The notes under the pieces: generated by a model
Database searches by the model: none
The model's input: the letters and a program-made list of their open reading frames with translations, nothing else
What the model was told of the DNA's origin: nothing
Shown here: positions 1 to 16,584 of the stretch, piece after piece
Numbering within the stretch: position 1 is the first letter of the stretch
How the letters are laid out: each line of letters opens with the position of its first letter
Program-made: the position numbers and the translations under genes
Origin: Escherichia coli
GTDB lineage: Bacteria; Pseudomonadota; Gammaproteobacteria; Enterobacterales; Enterobacteriaceae
Assembly: GCF_002854065.1 (NCBI RefSeq)
Contig: NZ_CP024147.1
Length of the DNA: 64,000 nucleotides
Strand: one strand, 5' to 3'

Positions 1-290
1 CCCTGCACACGTACGCGCTCGGTATAACGCACCAGATGAGGCGAACTGTAGACGCCCACTTTGTACCCTGCCGCCATCAGAATCGACTCCAGCGTACGGC
101 ATGTGGTGCCTTTGCCATTCGTACCCGCAACGGTAAACACAAATGGCGCTGGTTTCAGAACGCCAAGACGCGCCGCGACCTGGCTCACGCGCTCAAGGCC
201 GAGATCGATAGTTTTACTGTGCAGGTTTTCCAGATAAGAAAGCCACGAAGCCAGAGGCGACGCGGCTTGAGGAGTGCGTTTGATAATCAT
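1..290 (-). CDS. folC: Folylpolyglutamate/dihydrofolate synthase FolC, N-terminal part (gene runs off the left edge)
   Basis: Not in ORF track because it is cut by the window edge. Reverse complement from ATG at 288-290 reads MIIKRTPQAASPLASW...FTVAGTNGKGTTC (Mur-ligase type P-loop). It lies directly downstream of accD as in E. coli. Confidence 0.9.
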   Translation of the reverse strand, partial: MIIKRTPQAASPLASWLSYLENLHSKTIDLGLERVSQVAARLGVLKPAPFVFTVAGTNGKGTTCRTLESILMAAGYKVGVYSSPHLVRYTERVRVQ

Positions 291-359
291 GGTATCCGCT
301 GATTCGTTACGGTGAGAATAGCAAAAGGGCAGAGCCAGTGGCCCTGCCCTTATCAGTTA

Positions 360-1274
360 TCAGGCCTCAGGTTCCTGATCCGGTACCGGGGGTACCACTA
401 CGCCTTCACGCGGCGCTTCAGGATTCGGCGCTGGCAGATTCATCAACTTCGCCAGAATGCTCGCCAGTTTCAGGCGCATTTCCGGACGACGGACGATCAT
501 GTCGATCGCGCCTTTCTCGATCAGGAATTCACTGCGCTGGAATCCTGGCGGCAGTTTTTCGCGAACGGTCTGTTCGATAACACGCGGACCGGCAAAGCCG
601 ATTAACGCTTTCGGTTCAGCGATGTTGAGATCGCCCAGCATGGCGAAACTTGCAGAAACACCGCCCATCGTCGGGTCGGTCAGCACGGAGATGTACGGCA
701 AGCCGCGCTCCTGCATTTTTGCCAGTGCCGCAGAAGTTTTCGCCATCTGCATCAGCGACATCAGTGCTTCCTGCATACGTGCGCCACCAGAGGCGGAGAA
801 GCAGATCAGCGGGCAGTTATCTTCCAGCGCCTGCTCAACGGCACGCACGAAACGTGCACCCACAACAGACCCCATTGAACCGCCCATAAAGGCGAACTCG
901 AATGCCGCAGCGACAACCGGCATTCCATACAGAGTGCCTTTCATCACCACCAGCGCATCTTTTTCGCCGGTTTCTTTCTGCGCAGATGCCAGACGGTCTT
1001 TATACTTCTTGGAGTCACGAAACTTCAGCACATCTTTCGGCTCAAGCTCGCTACCCAGCTCCACAAGGCTTCCTTCATCTAACAGGCTATGCAGGCGATT
1101 ACGCGCTGTCATACGCATGTGATGGTCACACTTCGGACAGACCTCAAGATTACGTTCCAGCTCAGCGCGGTATAAAACCTGACCGCAGCTATCACACTTA
1201 GTCCACACCCCTTCAGGAATGCTCGCCTTGCGGGTGGGAGTAATGTTGCTTTTAATTCGTTCAATCCAGCTCAT
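360..1274 (-). CDS. accD: Acetyl-CoA carboxylase carboxyltransferase beta subunit
   Basis: Track ORF 360..1358. Start trimmed to the internal Met giving [16 protein letters not shown]... (304 aa). Zn-ribbon CDSC...CPKC is present, followed by the carboxyltransferase body. Confidence 0.96.
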
Positions 1275-1429
1275 TAGGGACCTTTCTGTCTGAACCTGGT
1301 TCGATGCCAGTTTTATCTTTGGGGACGCATAATGCCATTTTTGCCCCCAACAGACCATGAATGTTGCACATTAAAACATAACAGCCCGAAACTTTGGATA
1401 AAAAAGTGGTCGAACCGCGGAGTTACTTT

Positions 1430-2089
1430 TTATTTTGCGGCGCGTGCCGCAGCGCGTTTGTGACGGATTATTTCGATGACGCCCGGCAAAATAGAAACCA
1501 CAATAATCCCGACGATCAGCAGCTTAAGGTTATCCTGAACCATCGGGATTGTACCGAAGAAATAGCCTGCGTAGGTAAAAAGCAGTACCCACAACAGTGC
1601 GCCGATCACGTTATAAGCGGCGAAATGACGGTACGACATGTGGCCCATTCCCGCAACAAACGGGGCGAACGTTCTGACGATCGGCACAAAACGGGCGAGA
1701 ATAATCGTTTTGCCGCCATGTTTCTCATAAAACTGATGGGTTTTGTCGAGATAACTGCGACGGAAAATTTTCGAATTGGGATTACTGAATAACTTTTCAC
1801 CGAACAACCGCCCGATAGTGTAATTGACCGCGTCACCCACAATCGCGGCGATCAGCATCAGCACCACCATCATATGGACGTTGAGATCGTTGGTTTCCAG
1901 TGATGCCAACGCTCCGGCAACAAACAGCAATGAATCACCCGGTAAAAACGGCGTTACCACCAGACCGGTTTCACAGAACAAAATTAAGAACAAAATGGCA
2001 TAAACCCAGACGCCGTACTCCGCGACCAGCTCTGCCAGATGCACGTCAATGTGCAGGATAAAATCGATGAGGAAATAAATCAGGTCCAT
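1430..2089 (-). CDS. dedA: DedA-family inner membrane protein
   Basis: 219-aa [25 protein letters not shown]..., multi-TM, position between accD and truA. Confidence 0.94.
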   Translation of the reverse strand: MDLIYFLIDFILHIDVHLAELVAEYGVWVYAILFLILFCETGLVVTPFLPGDSLLFVAGALASLETNDLNVHMMVVLMLIAAIVGDAVNYTIGRLFGEKLFSNPNSKIFRRSYLDKTHQFYEKHGGKTIILARFVPIVRTFAPFVAGMGHMSYRHFAAYNVIGALLWVLLFTYAGYFFGTIPMVQDNLKLLIVGIIVVSILPGVIEIIRHKRAAARAAK

Positions 2090-2171
2090 ATTTGCCTATG
2101 CCTTGTACTCGTCATCTTTCAGGCTGTAACTACGTTGGCTACAGCCTGAAATGTTCCGAGCATTATTCTCG

Positions 2172-2984
2172 TTAGTCCGCCAGAAATAGCGGGCCCATTG
2201 GCGGTTTTGGAAGATCATACCGGTCAGGGTAATCCACCGCGACCAGATACAGCCCTTCCGCTTTTGCCGTTGCTGCCGCCAGCGTTCTGTCCTTTGCCGC
2301 CAGCAACTCTGCTATCCAGCTCTCCGGCTGGTTGTGGGCACCGACTTCCATCAGGCTGCCGACAATATTCCTGACCATATGATGTACAAAGGCATTCGCT
2401 TTGATATCAACCACCACATAAGGACCGTGACGCGTGACATTAATATGCATAACGTTGCGCCACGGGGTTCGGGACTGGCACTGCACCGCACGGAACGAGG
2501 TGAAATCATTCTCGCCCAGCAAGCACTGCGCAGCCCGATGCATCCGTTCAGCGTCCAGCGGTTCGTAAAAATGGGTTACCCCTTTACTCAGTACCGCCGG
2601 GCGCAGCCGATGATTGTAGATGATGTAGCGATAACGGCGAGCCGTGGCGCTAAATCGGGCATGAAAATCATCAGGTACAGCTTTAACCCAACGCACGGCG
2701 ATGTCACCAGGTAAATTCGCATTTACGCCCAACGTCCACGCAGCGTCTTTGCGCTGCGCGGTAGTTTCGAAATGCACAACCTGCCCGGTACCGTGTACCC
2801 CTGCGTCAGTACGCCCGGCGCAGAAGACGGTGATGGGTTCGTTCGCCACCTGGGAGAGCGCCTTTTCCAGCTTCTCCTGCACACTGCGGACTTCATTCTG
2901 CCGTTGCCAGCCGTAATACTTACTGCCGTCGTACTCAATGCCCAGCGCAATTTTATAAACTGGCGGTTGTTGCTGGTCGGACAT
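2172..2984 (-). CDS. truA: tRNA pseudouridine(38-40) synthase
   Basis: 270-aa ORF with the GRTDAGVHG catalytic-Asp motif. Its start overlaps the usg stop. Confidence 0.96.
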   Translation of the reverse strand: MSDQQQPPVYKIALGIEYDGSKYYGWQRQNEVRSVQEKLEKALSQVANEPITVFCAGRTDAGVHGTGQVVHFETTAQRKDAAWTLGVNANLPGDIAVRWVKAVPDDFHARFSATARRYRYIIYNHRLRPAVLSKGVTHFYEPLDAERMHRAAQCLLGENDFTSFRAVQCQSRTPWRNVMHINVTRHGPYVVVDIKANAFVHHMVRNIVGSLMEVGAHNQPESWIAELLAAKDRTLAAATAKAEGLYLVAVDYPDRYDLPKPPMGPLFLAD

Positions 2985-3997
2985 TAGTACAGATACTCCT
3001 GCACCAGTTTCTCGGCGATTTTTACTGCCATCAGCGCGCCGCCAAAGCGAACGTTATCGGCCACCGACCAGAACTGGACTTGCTCCGGCATACCGTAGTC
3101 ATTACGCACGCAGCCAACAGAAAGATGCGGCGTACCCGAAGCATCACCTACCTGAGTTGGGAATTCGTTCTCTTCAGAGAGCACAATATCTTCCCCTTGA
3201 ACAAACGCATCACGCGCTTCTTCTGCTGCCAGTGGACGCAGAGCTTCAAAGTTGACCATCTGGGCATGACCGTAGAATACCGGTGCCTGGACGACGCTTG
3301 CCGAAATCATCAGTCCTTCGTCCTGCAGGATTTTGCGTACTTCGTCAACGATACGACGTTCTTCACGCACGCTACCTTCGCTATCCGGCAGTAACGGCAG
3401 CATGTTGAACGCCAGCTGACGCCCGAAGAAATCTTCTTCGTCAATCGGAATGCCGTTGAGCAATTTCGCACTCTGCCCCGCTAACGCATCGACCGCTTTT
3501 TTGCCCTGGGCGGAGGCTGAAATCAGGCTGGTAACACTGATACGCGACAAACCGCCCTGATCGATTAACGGTTTCAGTGCCGCCAGCAGCTGGCTGGTCA
3601 GACTGTCTGGTACGGCGATGACATTCCGGTTGCGGTAATCGGTCAGTACAAACGGGTTTACTTCCGGCACCACCAGCGGTACGTCGGGTTCGAGAGCAAA
3701 CAATCCGCTGCTGTCGATCACCAGGCAACCTGAGTTGGTCGCTTCTTCAACCCAGGCAGCGGTAGCTTCTTTGCCTGCGACAAAAAATGCCAGCTGCGCC
3801 TGCGTCCAGTCGAATTCAGCAGCATCCTGCACGGTGATTGTCTTACCACCAAAGCGCAGTTGTTCGCCTGCGCTTTCGTTACGTGCCAGTGCATAAATTT
3901 CCCCAACCGGGAACTGACGTTCAGCCAGCGTTTCAAGCAGGGCTTCGCCCACAGCGCCAGTTGCGCCCAGGACGGCAATGTTCCAGCCTTCAGACAT
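2984..3997 (-). CDS. usg: USG-1 protein, aspartate-semialdehyde dehydrogenase-like
   Basis: 337-aa ORF with an N-terminal Rossmann motif (VLGATGAVG); synteny pdxB-usg-truA. Confidence 0.93.
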
Positions 3998-4062
3998 GGT
4001 GGTTTACTCCAGAAATAGCAAAGCTCCCTGCCAATGTTACAGCAGAGAGCATGAAGAAGAGA

Positions 4063-5199
4063 TTAACGTGCCGGATGATGAACGGCGTTAAAACCCAGTT
4101 TACACAGCAATGATGCCGCACTGGCGTCATCACAAATTACATACAGAGATGACCATTCACGGCGCTCAAGATAGTTTTTGCGCAGTTTATCGAACTCACC
4201 CGGTATCCCGGCGACTTTACGCAGCGGTGCGTCATCGCGGCGCACATCATACACCAAATGCACCAGCCTTTTCAGCGTCGGTTGATCGAGCGGGCCATGC
4301 AGCGTAATGCGACCAAACTCTGGCGCGGGTAGTAATGTATCCAGCGCAACGTGCTGTTCATGCCCAATAAACTTGCTATAGGCTTCAAACACTTGCGTAG
4401 TACCGCGTGCTTTACCTTCCAGGGTATAGCCTGCAATATGCGGCGTGCCGATATCCACTTTTGTCAGCAATTCCACATTAAGTTCCGGTTCGCCTTCCCA
4501 GACATCCAGCACTACGCTTAACTTCTGGCCTTCATTCAGGCAGGTCAGCAACGCAGTATTATCGACGACTGCGCCACGGCAGGCGTTAATCAGAATCGCT
4601 CCCGGCTTCAGGCTACGGATCAGTTTTTCATCCGCCAGATGCAGCGTTTTGTACGGCCCGTCTTTGAAGAGTGGCGTATGGAAAGTCAGAATATCCGCGC
4701 GCTGAACTAACTCATCCAGCGAGCGGAAATCACCCTCATCCCCACGGTCGGCGCGAGGCGGATCGCAAAGTAAGGTTTTAATCCCTAACGCATCCAGTCG
4801 TGCCTGTAAACGCCGACCAACGTTACCAACGCCCACGATCCCCACGGTACGCTCGTGCAGTGAAAATCCATCGCGTTCGGCAAGCATCAGCAGGGAGGAG
4901 AAAACATATTCCACCACCGCAATCGCATTACAGCCAGGTGCAGCGGAAAAACCAATTCCCGCCTGCTTTAACCATGCTTCATCGACATGGTCGGTCCCCG
5001 CAGTGGCAGTGCCAACAAATTTAATGGGTTTTCCTGCCAGCAAAGATTCATTCACTTTCGTGACCGAACGCACCATCAGCGCATCCGCGTCTGCCAGTTG
5101 AGCGACGGGGATTGGACGCCCGGGAACCGCGATCACCTCACCCAAACGGCTAAATAAGTCGCGGGCATAAGGCATATTTTCATCAACAAGGATTTTCAC
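4063..5199 (-). CDS. pdxB: Erythronate-4-phosphate dehydrogenase
   Basis: 378-aa [19 protein letters not shown]..., D-2-hydroxyacid dehydrogenase fold (GIVGVGNVG). Confidence 0.95.
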   Translation of the reverse strand: MKILVDENMPYARDLFSRLGEVIAVPGRPIPVAQLADADALMVRSVTKVNESLLAGKPIKFVGTATAGTDHVDEAWLKQAGIGFSAAPGCNAIAVVEYVFSSLLMLAERDGFSLHERTVGIVGVGNVGRRLQARLDALGIKTLLCDPPRADRGDEGDFRSLDELVQRADILTFHTPLFKDGPYKTLHLADEKLIRSLKPGAILINACRGAVVDNTALLTCLNEGQKLSVVLDVWEGEPELNVELLTKVDIGTPHIAGYTLEGKARGTTQVFEAYSKFIGHEQHVALDTLLPAPEFGRITLHGPLDQPTLKRLVHLVYDVRRDDAPLRKVAGIPGEFDKLRKNYLERREWSSLYVICDDASAASLLCKLGFNAVHHPAR

Positions 5200-5297
5200 G
5201 TTTGTGTTACCTGTATGAGACGAGAGTTAACCGGACAAGTGTGCCATAATCTCGCGGCCAGGCATACTTGCGAAGATTTCAGGTATAAGGATACGTA

Positions 5298-7471
<2,174 letters not shown>

Positions 7472-7690
7472 TTACTCCAGAATGCAGCGCAAGGCGAGGA
7501 GTATCCCCGTCTCATCTCTCTGGTTTCAGGGTTACGGTGCGTTGGCAGGAATTAACGCGTACGTCTTTTCAGAAGGAAATCGACAAAGCGGGAAGTTTGC
7601 CTGGTACAGGCGGCGATTGTCAATGATGTGAAAAAGGGAACCATCAGGTTCCCTTTGGCGTTAGTGCCGGAGGCCGCATTGGCGCGTAAC

Positions 7691-7726
7691 GTCGGATGCG
7701 ACGCTGGCGCGTCTTATCCGACCTAC
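7691..7726. repeat. REP (repetitive extragenic palindrome) element downstream of fabB
   Basis: gtcggatgcgacgctggcgcgtcttatccgacctac matches the E. coli REP consensus (GCCGGATGCGGCG...CTTATCCGGCCTAC). Confidence 0.8.
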
Positions 7727-7742
7727 TCCGGCCTACTGCGAA

Positions 7743-8963
7743 TTAATCTTTCAGCTTGCGCATTACCAGCGTGGCGTTGGTGCCGCCGAAGCCGAAGCTG
7801 TTAGACATAACAGTGGTCAGTTCGCGATCGGTCGTTTCGGTCACGATGTTCAGACCCGCAGCCTGCTCGTCCAGCTCTTCAATGTTGATGCTCGGGGCGA
7901 TAAAGCCGTGTTCCAGCATCAGCAGAGAGTAGATAGCTTCCTGTACGCCAGCAGCGCCCAGAGAGTGACCGGTCATGGCTTTGGTTGCAGAAATCGCCGG
8001 GCTCTTATCGCCGAACACTTCACGGATAGCTGCCAGCTCTTTCACGTCGCCAACCGGAGTCGAAGTACCGTGGGAGTTCAGGTAATCGATTGGGGTATCA
8101 ACGCCATGCATCGCCATCTTCATGCAGCGTACTGCGCCTTCGCCAGACGGAGCAACCATGTCTGCGCCATCAGACGTTGCGCCGTAGCCAACGATTTCAG
8201 CATAGATATGAGCACCACGCGCCAGCGCGTGTTCCAGCTCTTCAACCACCACCATACCGCCGCCGCCAGCGATAACGAAACCGTCACGGTGAGCATCGTA
8301 AGTACGGGAGGCTTTTTCCGGGGTGTCGTTGTATTTAGTAGACAGCGCACCCATTGCGTCGAATTCGCAAGCCATTTCCCAGCACAGCTCTTCGCCGCCG
8401 CCAGCAAACACGATGTCCTGTTTGCCCAGTTGGATCTGCTCTACTGCGTTACCGATACAGTGTGCGGAAGTCGCACACGCGGAGCTGATGGAGTAGTTAA
8501 CGCCATGAATTTTAAACGGGGTGGCGAGGCAGGCAGAAACGCCGGATGCCATCGCTTTGGTGACCACATATGGGCCAACCGCTTTCAGGCCGCGCGGACC
8601 GCGCATTGCGTCAGCGCCGAACACCTGGAAACGCGGGGAGCCGCCGCCGGAACCTGCAATCAGGCCAACGCGCGGATTATTCTGGTAAGCTTCCGGGGAG
8701 AGGCCCGCATCAGCGATTGCCTGCTCCATAGAAAGGAATGCATAAATGGATGCGTCGCTCATAAAGCGCACAACTTTGCGGTCAATGAGGCCAGTGGTAT
8801 CCAGTTTTACGTTGCCCCAGACGTGGCTACGCATGCCGGAATCCTTCAGCTCCTGAGAGAAAGTGATCCCTGAACGTCCTTCACGCAGAGATGCCAGGAC
8901 TTCCTGCTGGTTATTACCGATGCTGGAAACAATGCCCAGGCCAGTAATCACTGCACGTTTCAT
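7743..8963 (-). CDS. fabB: 3-oxoacyl-ACP synthase I (KAS I)
   Basis: 406-aa [25 protein letters not shown]... with the active-site region [12 protein letters not shown]. Confidence 0.97.
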
Positions 8964-9010
8964 TCAATACCTCTGTAAGTCGCACATAGAGTAAGTTTCG
9001 AATGCACAAT

Positions 9011-9045
9011 AGCGTACACTTGTACGCCGAACAAGTCCGATCAGC
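9011..9045 (-). promoter_or_regulatory. fabB control region: FabR palindrome (9011-9028) adjacent to FadR operator (9029-9045)
   Basis: agcgtacacttgtacgcc is a near-perfect palindrome sharing AGCGTACAC with the fabA FabR box. On the minus strand ctgatcggacttgttc matches the FadR site of fabA. The region lies 48-82 nt upstream of the fabB ATG. Confidence 0.7.
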
Positions 9046-9055
9046 CAATTAATAG

Positions 9056-11128
<2,073 letters not shown>

Positions 11129-11141
11129 CCAGCTTTGGCAT

Positions 11142-11242
<101 letters not shown>

Positions 11243-11248
11243 CGCAAC

Positions 11249-11527
11249 TTACTGCTGTGACGCCTGCTGAAACAGGTTTTCCCACATATCGGTCACCAGC
11301 GCCTGGTCACGCGGCGACAATTCACCAGCACCAATGGCTTTTTCCAGACTCTGGCTAACGGTCGTATGCACCGCCTGAGCGGAGTGGTCATCACCACTTT
11401 CCAGTTCTGCGATGGCTAATGTCAGGTGGCCACGCAAATACCCACTGGCAAACAACTCATCATCACTGGCATGGTCAACCATACCGTCGATTAATGCCAG
11501 AATGCGTGATTCAAACTCCGCGATCAT
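11249..11527 (-). CDS. yfcL: YfcL (DUF2462-type small protein)
   Basis: 92-aa [20 protein letters not shown]...; synteny with epmC. Confidence 0.88.
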
Positions 11528-11560
11528 CTTCTTTCCTCATTGTAAAACGTGGCGCTGGCT

Positions 11561-12109
11561 TCAGTTGAGCGCTTCCGGCCACGGGAACTGTTCCGCCGTA
11601 AGTTCCGGCGTGTGATAATAATTTTGTAGTGCTTTAATGAAACGTGCCGGGCGTTCCGGAATGCCATTTGTTAGATAATCCATCACCTGCGCATGTACTC
11701 GCCGTTGAAACACCACGCGGTCCGGTTCGAAGTCGCCTTCCAGATTGTCGCAACTGACGTTAAACGGATATCCAGCCGCCACGCAGAACAACCAGTCGAG
11801 CGCCTGCGGCTTCACTTCAACATCTTCAAACTGGCTTTGCGTTTGGGCATCGCGTCCGTCCGGGCAATACCAGTAGCCGAAATCAACCAGCTCACGGCGC
11901 GCTTTTCCGGCAATACACCAGTGCGAAATCTCATGAATTGCGCTGGCATAAAAGCCATGAGCAAAGACGATTCGGTTATACGGTACTTCCGCATCAGCAG
12001 GAAGATAGATCGGTTCGTCGTCGCCTTTAATCAGACGGGTATTAAAATCATCGGCAAAGCAGCTATTAAAAATTTCAATCAACTGCTCATAGTGGTGTGT
12101 ACTGTTCAT
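11561..12109 (-). CDS. epmC: Elongation factor P hydroxylase
   Basis: 182-aa ORF with the HEISHW metal-binding type motif; synteny yfcA-epmC-yfcL. Confidence 0.9.
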   Translation of the reverse strand: MNSTHHYEQLIEIFNSCFADDFNTRLIKGDDEPIYLPADAEVPYNRIVFAHGFYASAIHEISHWCIAGKARRELVDFGYWYCPDGRDAQTQSQFEDVEVKPQALDWLFCVAAGYPFNVSCDNLEGDFEPDRVVFQRRVHAQVMDYLTNGIPERPARFIKALQNYYHTPELTAEQFPWPEALN

Positions 12110-12918
12110 TAGTTCATCCCCAACCAGTGGAGGATCTCCTGTCCGTGGCTATCATAAAGTAATTTGGCACTCATCACCGCCGAGACGATAACGATCATCG
12201 GGCGGATCAGTTTTTGTCCTTTGCTCAACACCAGTCTTGAACCCATGCGCGCGCCGAGGAACTGCCCCACCAGCATCACAAAGCCCGTCGCCCAAATCAC
12301 TTTGCCGCCGAGAATAAACAGCAGTAAGCCGCCGATGTTTGACGTTGCGTTGAGCAATTTGGCGTGAGCCGTGGCTTTGGCGAGGTTAAATCCGCACAGC
12401 GTAACAAAGGCCAGCGCGTAAAACGATCCGGCTGCCGGACCAAAGAATCCGTCGTAAAAACCGACGCAGCCACCGGCAATTAACGCGAAGGGTAAACCGT
12501 ACATCCGGCGCTGGCGGTCTTCTTCACCCAGCTTTGGCATCAGCAAGAAATAGAGGCCGATACAAATCACCAGAATAGGCAAAATCTGCCTCAAGACATC
12601 AGCCTGAACGTATTGCACCAGCAGCGCGCCGCTCATTGAGCCGACAAAGGTCATGGCGATATTGAGTTTCTGATCGCTTAAACTAACCACTTTGCGGCGA
12701 ATAAAGTAGATAGTGGCGGAAATAGAGCCGCCGCAGGCTTGCAGTTTATTGGTTGCCAGCGCATTAGCGGGAGACATCCCCGCCGCCATCAATGCCGGAA
12801 TGGTGAGTAACCCACCGCCACCGGCAATCGAGTCGATAAATCCCGCCAGCATGGCGACAAAAAAGAGAACTCCCAGCAACAGCGGGGAAACCATAAACAG
12901 GCTATTAAACGTTTCCAT
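12109..12918 (-). CDS. yfcA: TauE/SafE-family membrane protein YfcA
   Basis: 269-aa polytopic ORF; start/stop overlaps with mepA and epmC indicate an operon. Confidence 0.9.
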   Translation of the reverse strand: METFNSLFMVSPLLLGVLFFVAMLAGFIDSIAGGGGLLTIPALMAAGMSPANALATNKLQACGGSISATIYFIRRKVVSLSDQKLNIAMTFVGSMSGALLVQYVQADVLRQILPILVICIGLYFLLMPKLGEEDRQRRMYGLPFALIAGGCVGFYDGFFGPAAGSFYALAFVTLCGFNLAKATAHAKLLNATSNIGGLLLFILGGKVIWATGFVMLVGQFLGARMGSRLVLSKGQKLIRPMIVIVSAVMSAKLLYDSHGQEILHWLGMN

Positions 12919-13742
12919 TAGATCACGTGCTCATCCAGTAGCGCCTGGCAGGAAGGCGGCAACGGAGGCGGTGTCTTCTTCTCAGGCTTTGTTGTTCCCG
13001 GTTTTGGAGGTTCAAACCAGCTTTGCAGTTCTGCCCCGCAACCATCGCCTGATGGCGGTAAAGGTTGATCTTCACACTCCAGACTATCGGCAGGGCAACG
13101 TAATCGTACATGCATATGCGCGCGATGCTGGAACCAGGGTCGCACTTTGCGCAACCAGTCGCGATCGGTGCCCGCATCAAGGCAAAGTTGTTGTTTAATC
13201 GCCGGATTAACAAAAATGCGCGTGACGTCTTTGTCCTGGGCGGCGAGTTTGATCAAGCTGAAAATTTCCGGCTTCCACAGCGTGGGGACAACGCGTTTAC
13301 CGTCGCGGGATACTAAGTCCAGTGCTTGCGGGCGCAAGAGCTGCGCGGAGGTCCAGCGAGTTTTCGGCAGTTGCAGAAAGATATCGACATCCAGTCCGGT
13401 CTGGTGGCTGGCATGACCGCCGTTGAAACGCCCACCAGCGGGCATCCCCATATCGCCAATCAGCACCGTACCCATGCCCAGATTGCTCACCTGGCTACTC
13501 AGACGCTGGATAAACATCACCAGGTCCGGGTGACCGAAATAGCGACGCTGATCGGTACGCATGACCTGATAATGTTCGGACTGTATCGGCAGCGTGTCAG
13601 CGCCGACGATACAGCCATTAGAAAAACTGCCTATCGATTGTGCGCTACCCAGCACAGGTTGGGTTATTTTTTGCCACGGCGTCGCTGCCAGGCTGGCGCT
13701 ACTGGCAAGCAGGGCCAGCAGCGCAATCGCGGTTTTGTTCAT
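12918..13742 (-). CDS. mepA: Penicillin-insensitive murein DD-endopeptidase
   Basis: 274-aa ORF with a signal peptide ([19 protein letters not shown]) and the HxH region [12 protein letters not shown]. Confidence 0.94.
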   Translation of the reverse strand: MNKTAIALLALLASSASLAATPWQKITQPVLGSAQSIGSFSNGCIVGADTLPIQSEHYQVMRTDQRRYFGHPDLVMFIQRLSSQVSNLGMGTVLIGDMGMPAGGRFNGGHASHQTGLDVDIFLQLPKTRWTSAQLLRPQALDLVSRDGKRVVPTLWKPEIFSLIKLAAQDKDVTRIFVNPAIKQQLCLDAGTDRDWLRKVRPWFQHRAHMHVRLRCPADSLECEDQPLPPSGDGCGAELQSWFEPPKPGTTKPEKKTPPPLPPSCQALLDEHVI

Positions 13743-13745
13743 TTT

Positions 13746-14831
13746 TTACCAGCGTGGAATATCAGTCTTCACATCGGCATTTTGCGCCCGCTGCCGTAGC
13801 AGGTGATCCATTAAAACGATCGCCAGCATCGCTTCAGCGATCGGCACCGCGCGGATCCCGACACAGGGATCGTGACGGCCTTTGGTGATCATCTCAACTT
13901 CTTCGCCAAAGCGGTTAATGGTGCGCCCCGGCACGGTAATGCTGGAAGTCGGTTTCAGCGCCATATGGGCAATGATTTGCTGGCCGCTGCTGATACCGCC
14001 AAGAATACCGCCCGCATGGTTGCTCTGGAAACCGTCTTTGGTGATTTCGTCGCGGTTCTGGCTGCCACGCAGCGCTACGACGTCAAAACCATCACCAATT
14101 TCCACACCTTTCACCGCGTTAATGCTCATTAGCGCATGGGCGATGTCGGCATCCAGGCGATCAAAAACTGGCTCACCAAGCCCGGCAGGAACGCCACTGA
14201 CAACAACGGTGACTTTCGCACCAATAGAGTCGCCCTCTTTTTTCAGCGCGCGCATCAGTTCATCTAACGCGTCGATTTTGTCCGGGTCCGGGCAGAAGAA
14301 CGGATTTTGCTCGACCTGCGACCAGTCTTTGATTTCCAGCGGAATGTCGCCCATCTGGGTCAGGCAGCCGCGAATTTCGATGCCAAATTTCTTGGCGAGA
14401 TATTTTTTGGCAATCGCTCCTGCCGCAACACGCATGGCAGTTTCACGAGCGGAAGAGCGCCCGCCGCCGCGATAATCACGCAGACCGTATTTTTGTTCGT
14501 AGGTGTAATCAGCATGGCCTGGGCGGAAAACATCTTTAATTGCGCTGTAATCCTGAGAACGCTGATCAGTGTTTTCGATCAACAAACCGATGCTGGTGCC
14601 GGTAGTAACACCTTCAAAAACACCGGAGAGAATTTTGACCTGATCCGGTTCGCGGCGCTGGGTGGTATAGCGCGATGTCCCAGGGCGACGACGGTCGAGG
14701 TCATGTTGCAGGTCCGCTTCTGTTAGCGGAATGCCTGGCGGAACACCATCGACGATGCAGCCGAGCGCCAGCCCGTGCGATTCGCCGAAGGTGGTTACGC
14801 GAAAGAGTTGTCCAATTGTGTTTCCAGCCAT
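13746..14831 (-). CDS. aroC: Chorismate synthase
   Basis: Track ORF 13746..14834 (MMAGNT...). Second Met taken as start, giving [20 protein letters not shown] (361 aa). Confidence 0.96.
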   Translation of the reverse strand: MAGNTIGQLFRVTTFGESHGLALGCIVDGVPPGIPLTEADLQHDLDRRRPGTSRYTTQRREPDQVKILSGVFEGVTTGTSIGLLIENTDQRSQDYSAIKDVFRPGHADYTYEQKYGLRDYRGGGRSSARETAMRVAAGAIAKKYLAKKFGIEIRGCLTQMGDIPLEIKDWSQVEQNPFFCPDPDKIDALDELMRALKKEGDSIGAKVTVVVSGVPAGLGEPVFDRLDADIAHALMSINAVKGVEIGDGFDVVALRGSQNRDEITKDGFQSNHAGGILGGISSGQQIIAHMALKPTSSITVPGRTINRFGEEVEMITKGRHDPCVGIRAVPIAEAMLAIVLMDHLLRQRAQNADVKTDIPRW

Positions 14832-14865
14832 CACGGCTCCGTTATTGTTGTGTTTGCGTGTTTAC

Positions 14866-15798
14866 TTAATCTTTATAAATCGCGAAATGTTCACGGGCCG
14901 CCAGCAGCTGCTCTTTGGTGAGCATAAACACACCATCGCCGCCGTTATCAAACTCCAGCCAGGTGAACGGAACATCCGGATATTGTTCCATAAGATGTAC
15001 CATGCTGTTGCCGACTTCACAAATCAGCACACCATCATCAGCAAGGTAATCTGCCGCGTTACCGAGAATGCGACGCGTCAGTTTCAGGCCGTCGGTGCCA
15101 GATGCCAGGCCCAGTTCCGGCTCGTGGCGGTATTCATTTGGCAGGTCGGACATATCTTCCGCATCGACATACGGCGGGTTAGTGACGATCAGGTCGTACT
15201 GCACTTTCGGCAAATCACGGAACAGATCGGAACGAATCGGGATGACATTGTGGATCAGACCGTGTTCTTCGATGTTCTGTTCGGCAACCGCCAGCGCGTC
15301 GGGAGAGATATCTACCGCATCGACTTCTGCTTCCGGGAAGGCATAAGCACAGGCAATGGCAATGCAGCCGCTACCGGTACACATATCTAAAATATGCTGC
15401 GGTTGCTTGCTGATTAGCCCGGCAAATTTATTGTTGATCAGTTCACCAATCGGCGAGCGCGGCACCAGCACGCGTTCATCGACGTAAAATTCATGACCGC
15501 AGAACCAGGCTTTATTGGTCAGGTAAGCCACCGGAATGCGTTCGTTGACGCGGCGGATCACGCGCTCAACAATACGGTGTTTTTCGCTGGAGGTCAGACG
15601 CGCGGTGCGCATATCTTCCGGAATATCCAGCGGCAGGTAGAGCGACGGCAACACCAATTGTACCGCTTCATCCCACGGGTTATCGGTGCCGTGACCGTAC
15701 CAGATATTTGCCGCGCTGAAGCGGCTAACCGACCAGCGCAACATGTCCTGAATGGTTTGCAGCTCATTAACTGCTTCATCAACGAAAATTTTATCCAC
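14866..15798 (-). CDS. prmB: Ribosomal protein uL3 glutamine N5-methyltransferase
   Basis: Track ORF is 428 aa. Start trimmed to GTG at 15796-15798, giving (M)[19 protein letters not shown]... (310 aa). Has SAM motif [10 protein letters not shown] and catalytic NPPY. Confidence 0.93.
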   Translation of the reverse strand: MDKIFVDEAVNELQTIQDMLRWSVSRFSAANIWYGHGTDNPWDEAVQLVLPSLYLPLDIPEDMRTARLTSSEKHRIVERVIRRVNERIPVAYLTNKAWFCGHEFYVDERVLVPRSPIGELINNKFAGLISKQPQHILDMCTGSGCIAIACAYAFPEAEVDAVDISPDALAVAEQNIEEHGLIHNVIPIRSDLFRDLPKVQYDLIVTNPPYVDAEDMSDLPNEYRHEPELGLASGTDGLKLTRRILGNAADYLADDGVLICEVGNSMVHLMEQYPDVPFTWLEFDNGGDGVFMLTKEQLLAAREHFAIYKD

Positions 15799-15963
15799 GT
15801 ATTCCTCCAGGGCATGATCGCAATAATTTCGGCGGCTAGTTTGCCATGAAGATGACGATAAATCAGCATTCACGCGCGGTGAGTGAGGAAAAATACGTTT
15901 AAAACGATCGATTGCGCTACGAGTCGGGTAAACTGTAGGAAAATTAGAAATAGAGACGCATAA

Positions 15964-16515
15964 ATGAAAAAGAAAACAACACTTAGCGAGGAGGACCAGG
16001 CTCTGTTTCGCCAGTTGATGGCGGGGACTCGCAAGATTAAGCAGGACACCATTGTCCATCGGCCGCAGCGTAAAAAAGTCAGCGAAGTGCCCGTCAAACG
16101 GTTGATTCAGGAGCAGGTTGACGCCAGTCACTATTTCTCTGACGAATTTCAACCGTTATTAAATGCTGATGGCCCGGTGAAGTATGTACGCCCTGGTGTA
16201 GACCATTTTGAGGCGAAAAAGCTGCGCCGCGGCGATTATTCACCTGAGCTTTTCCTCGATTTACATGGTTTGACGCAAATGCAGGCCAAGCAGGAGCTGG
16301 GCGCGTTGATTGCCGCCTGCCGCCGTGAACATGTGTTTTGCGCTTGCGTAATGCACGGGCACGGGAAGCATATTTTAAAACAGCAAACGCCGCTGTGGCT
16401 GGCGCAACATCCGCATGTAATGGCATTTCACCAGGCGCCGAAAGAGTACGGCGGAGATGCAGCGTTGTTAGTGTTGATTGAAGTGGAAGAGTGGCTACCG
16501 CCGGAGTTGCCGTGA
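15964..16515 (+). CDS. smrB: Smr-domain ribosome-rescue endonuclease
   Basis: 183-aa [24 protein letters not shown]... with a C-terminal Smr domain ([11 protein letters not shown]...HGHG). Confidence 0.92.
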   Translation: MKKKTTLSEEDQALFRQLMAGTRKIKQDTIVHRPQRKKVSEVPVKRLIQEQVDASHYFSDEFQPLLNADGPVKYVRPGVDHFEAKKLRRGDYSPELFLDLHGLTQMQAKQELGALIAACRREHVFCACVMHGHGKHILKQQTPLWLAQHPHVMAFHQAPKEYGGDAALLVLIEVEEWLPPELP

Positions 16516-16584
16516 ATTGTTGAGCGCATTGCGCCAGGAGCGGGGAATGGCAGGGTCGAAGACCCTGCCTGGTGGTTCTAAGGG

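Noticed and set aside
457-1122. 221-aa plus-strand ORF (and other 60-100 aa ORFs) overlapping accD
   Set aside because: It is antisense to a recognisable conserved gene and its composition is low-complexity (Ser/Ala/Arg). This is typical shadow ORF behaviour; the same applies to similar ORFs opposite truA, usg, pdxB, yfcJ, aroC, fadJ and fadI.
7908-8873. 321-aa plus-strand ORF opposite fabB
   Set aside because: It lies entirely within and antisense to fabB, with no RBS context or recognisable motifs. It is a shadow ORF of a GC-biased, codon-biased gene.
14866-16152. 428-aa version of prmB, and similar long N-terminal extensions of accD, mnmC, yfdC, yfcZ, fadL and the integrase
   Set aside because: The ORF track starts at the first ATG/GTG/TTG after a stop. 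The extensions lack conservation and, for prmB, would run through the divergent smrB promoter and gene start. Starts were set where the recognised protein begins.
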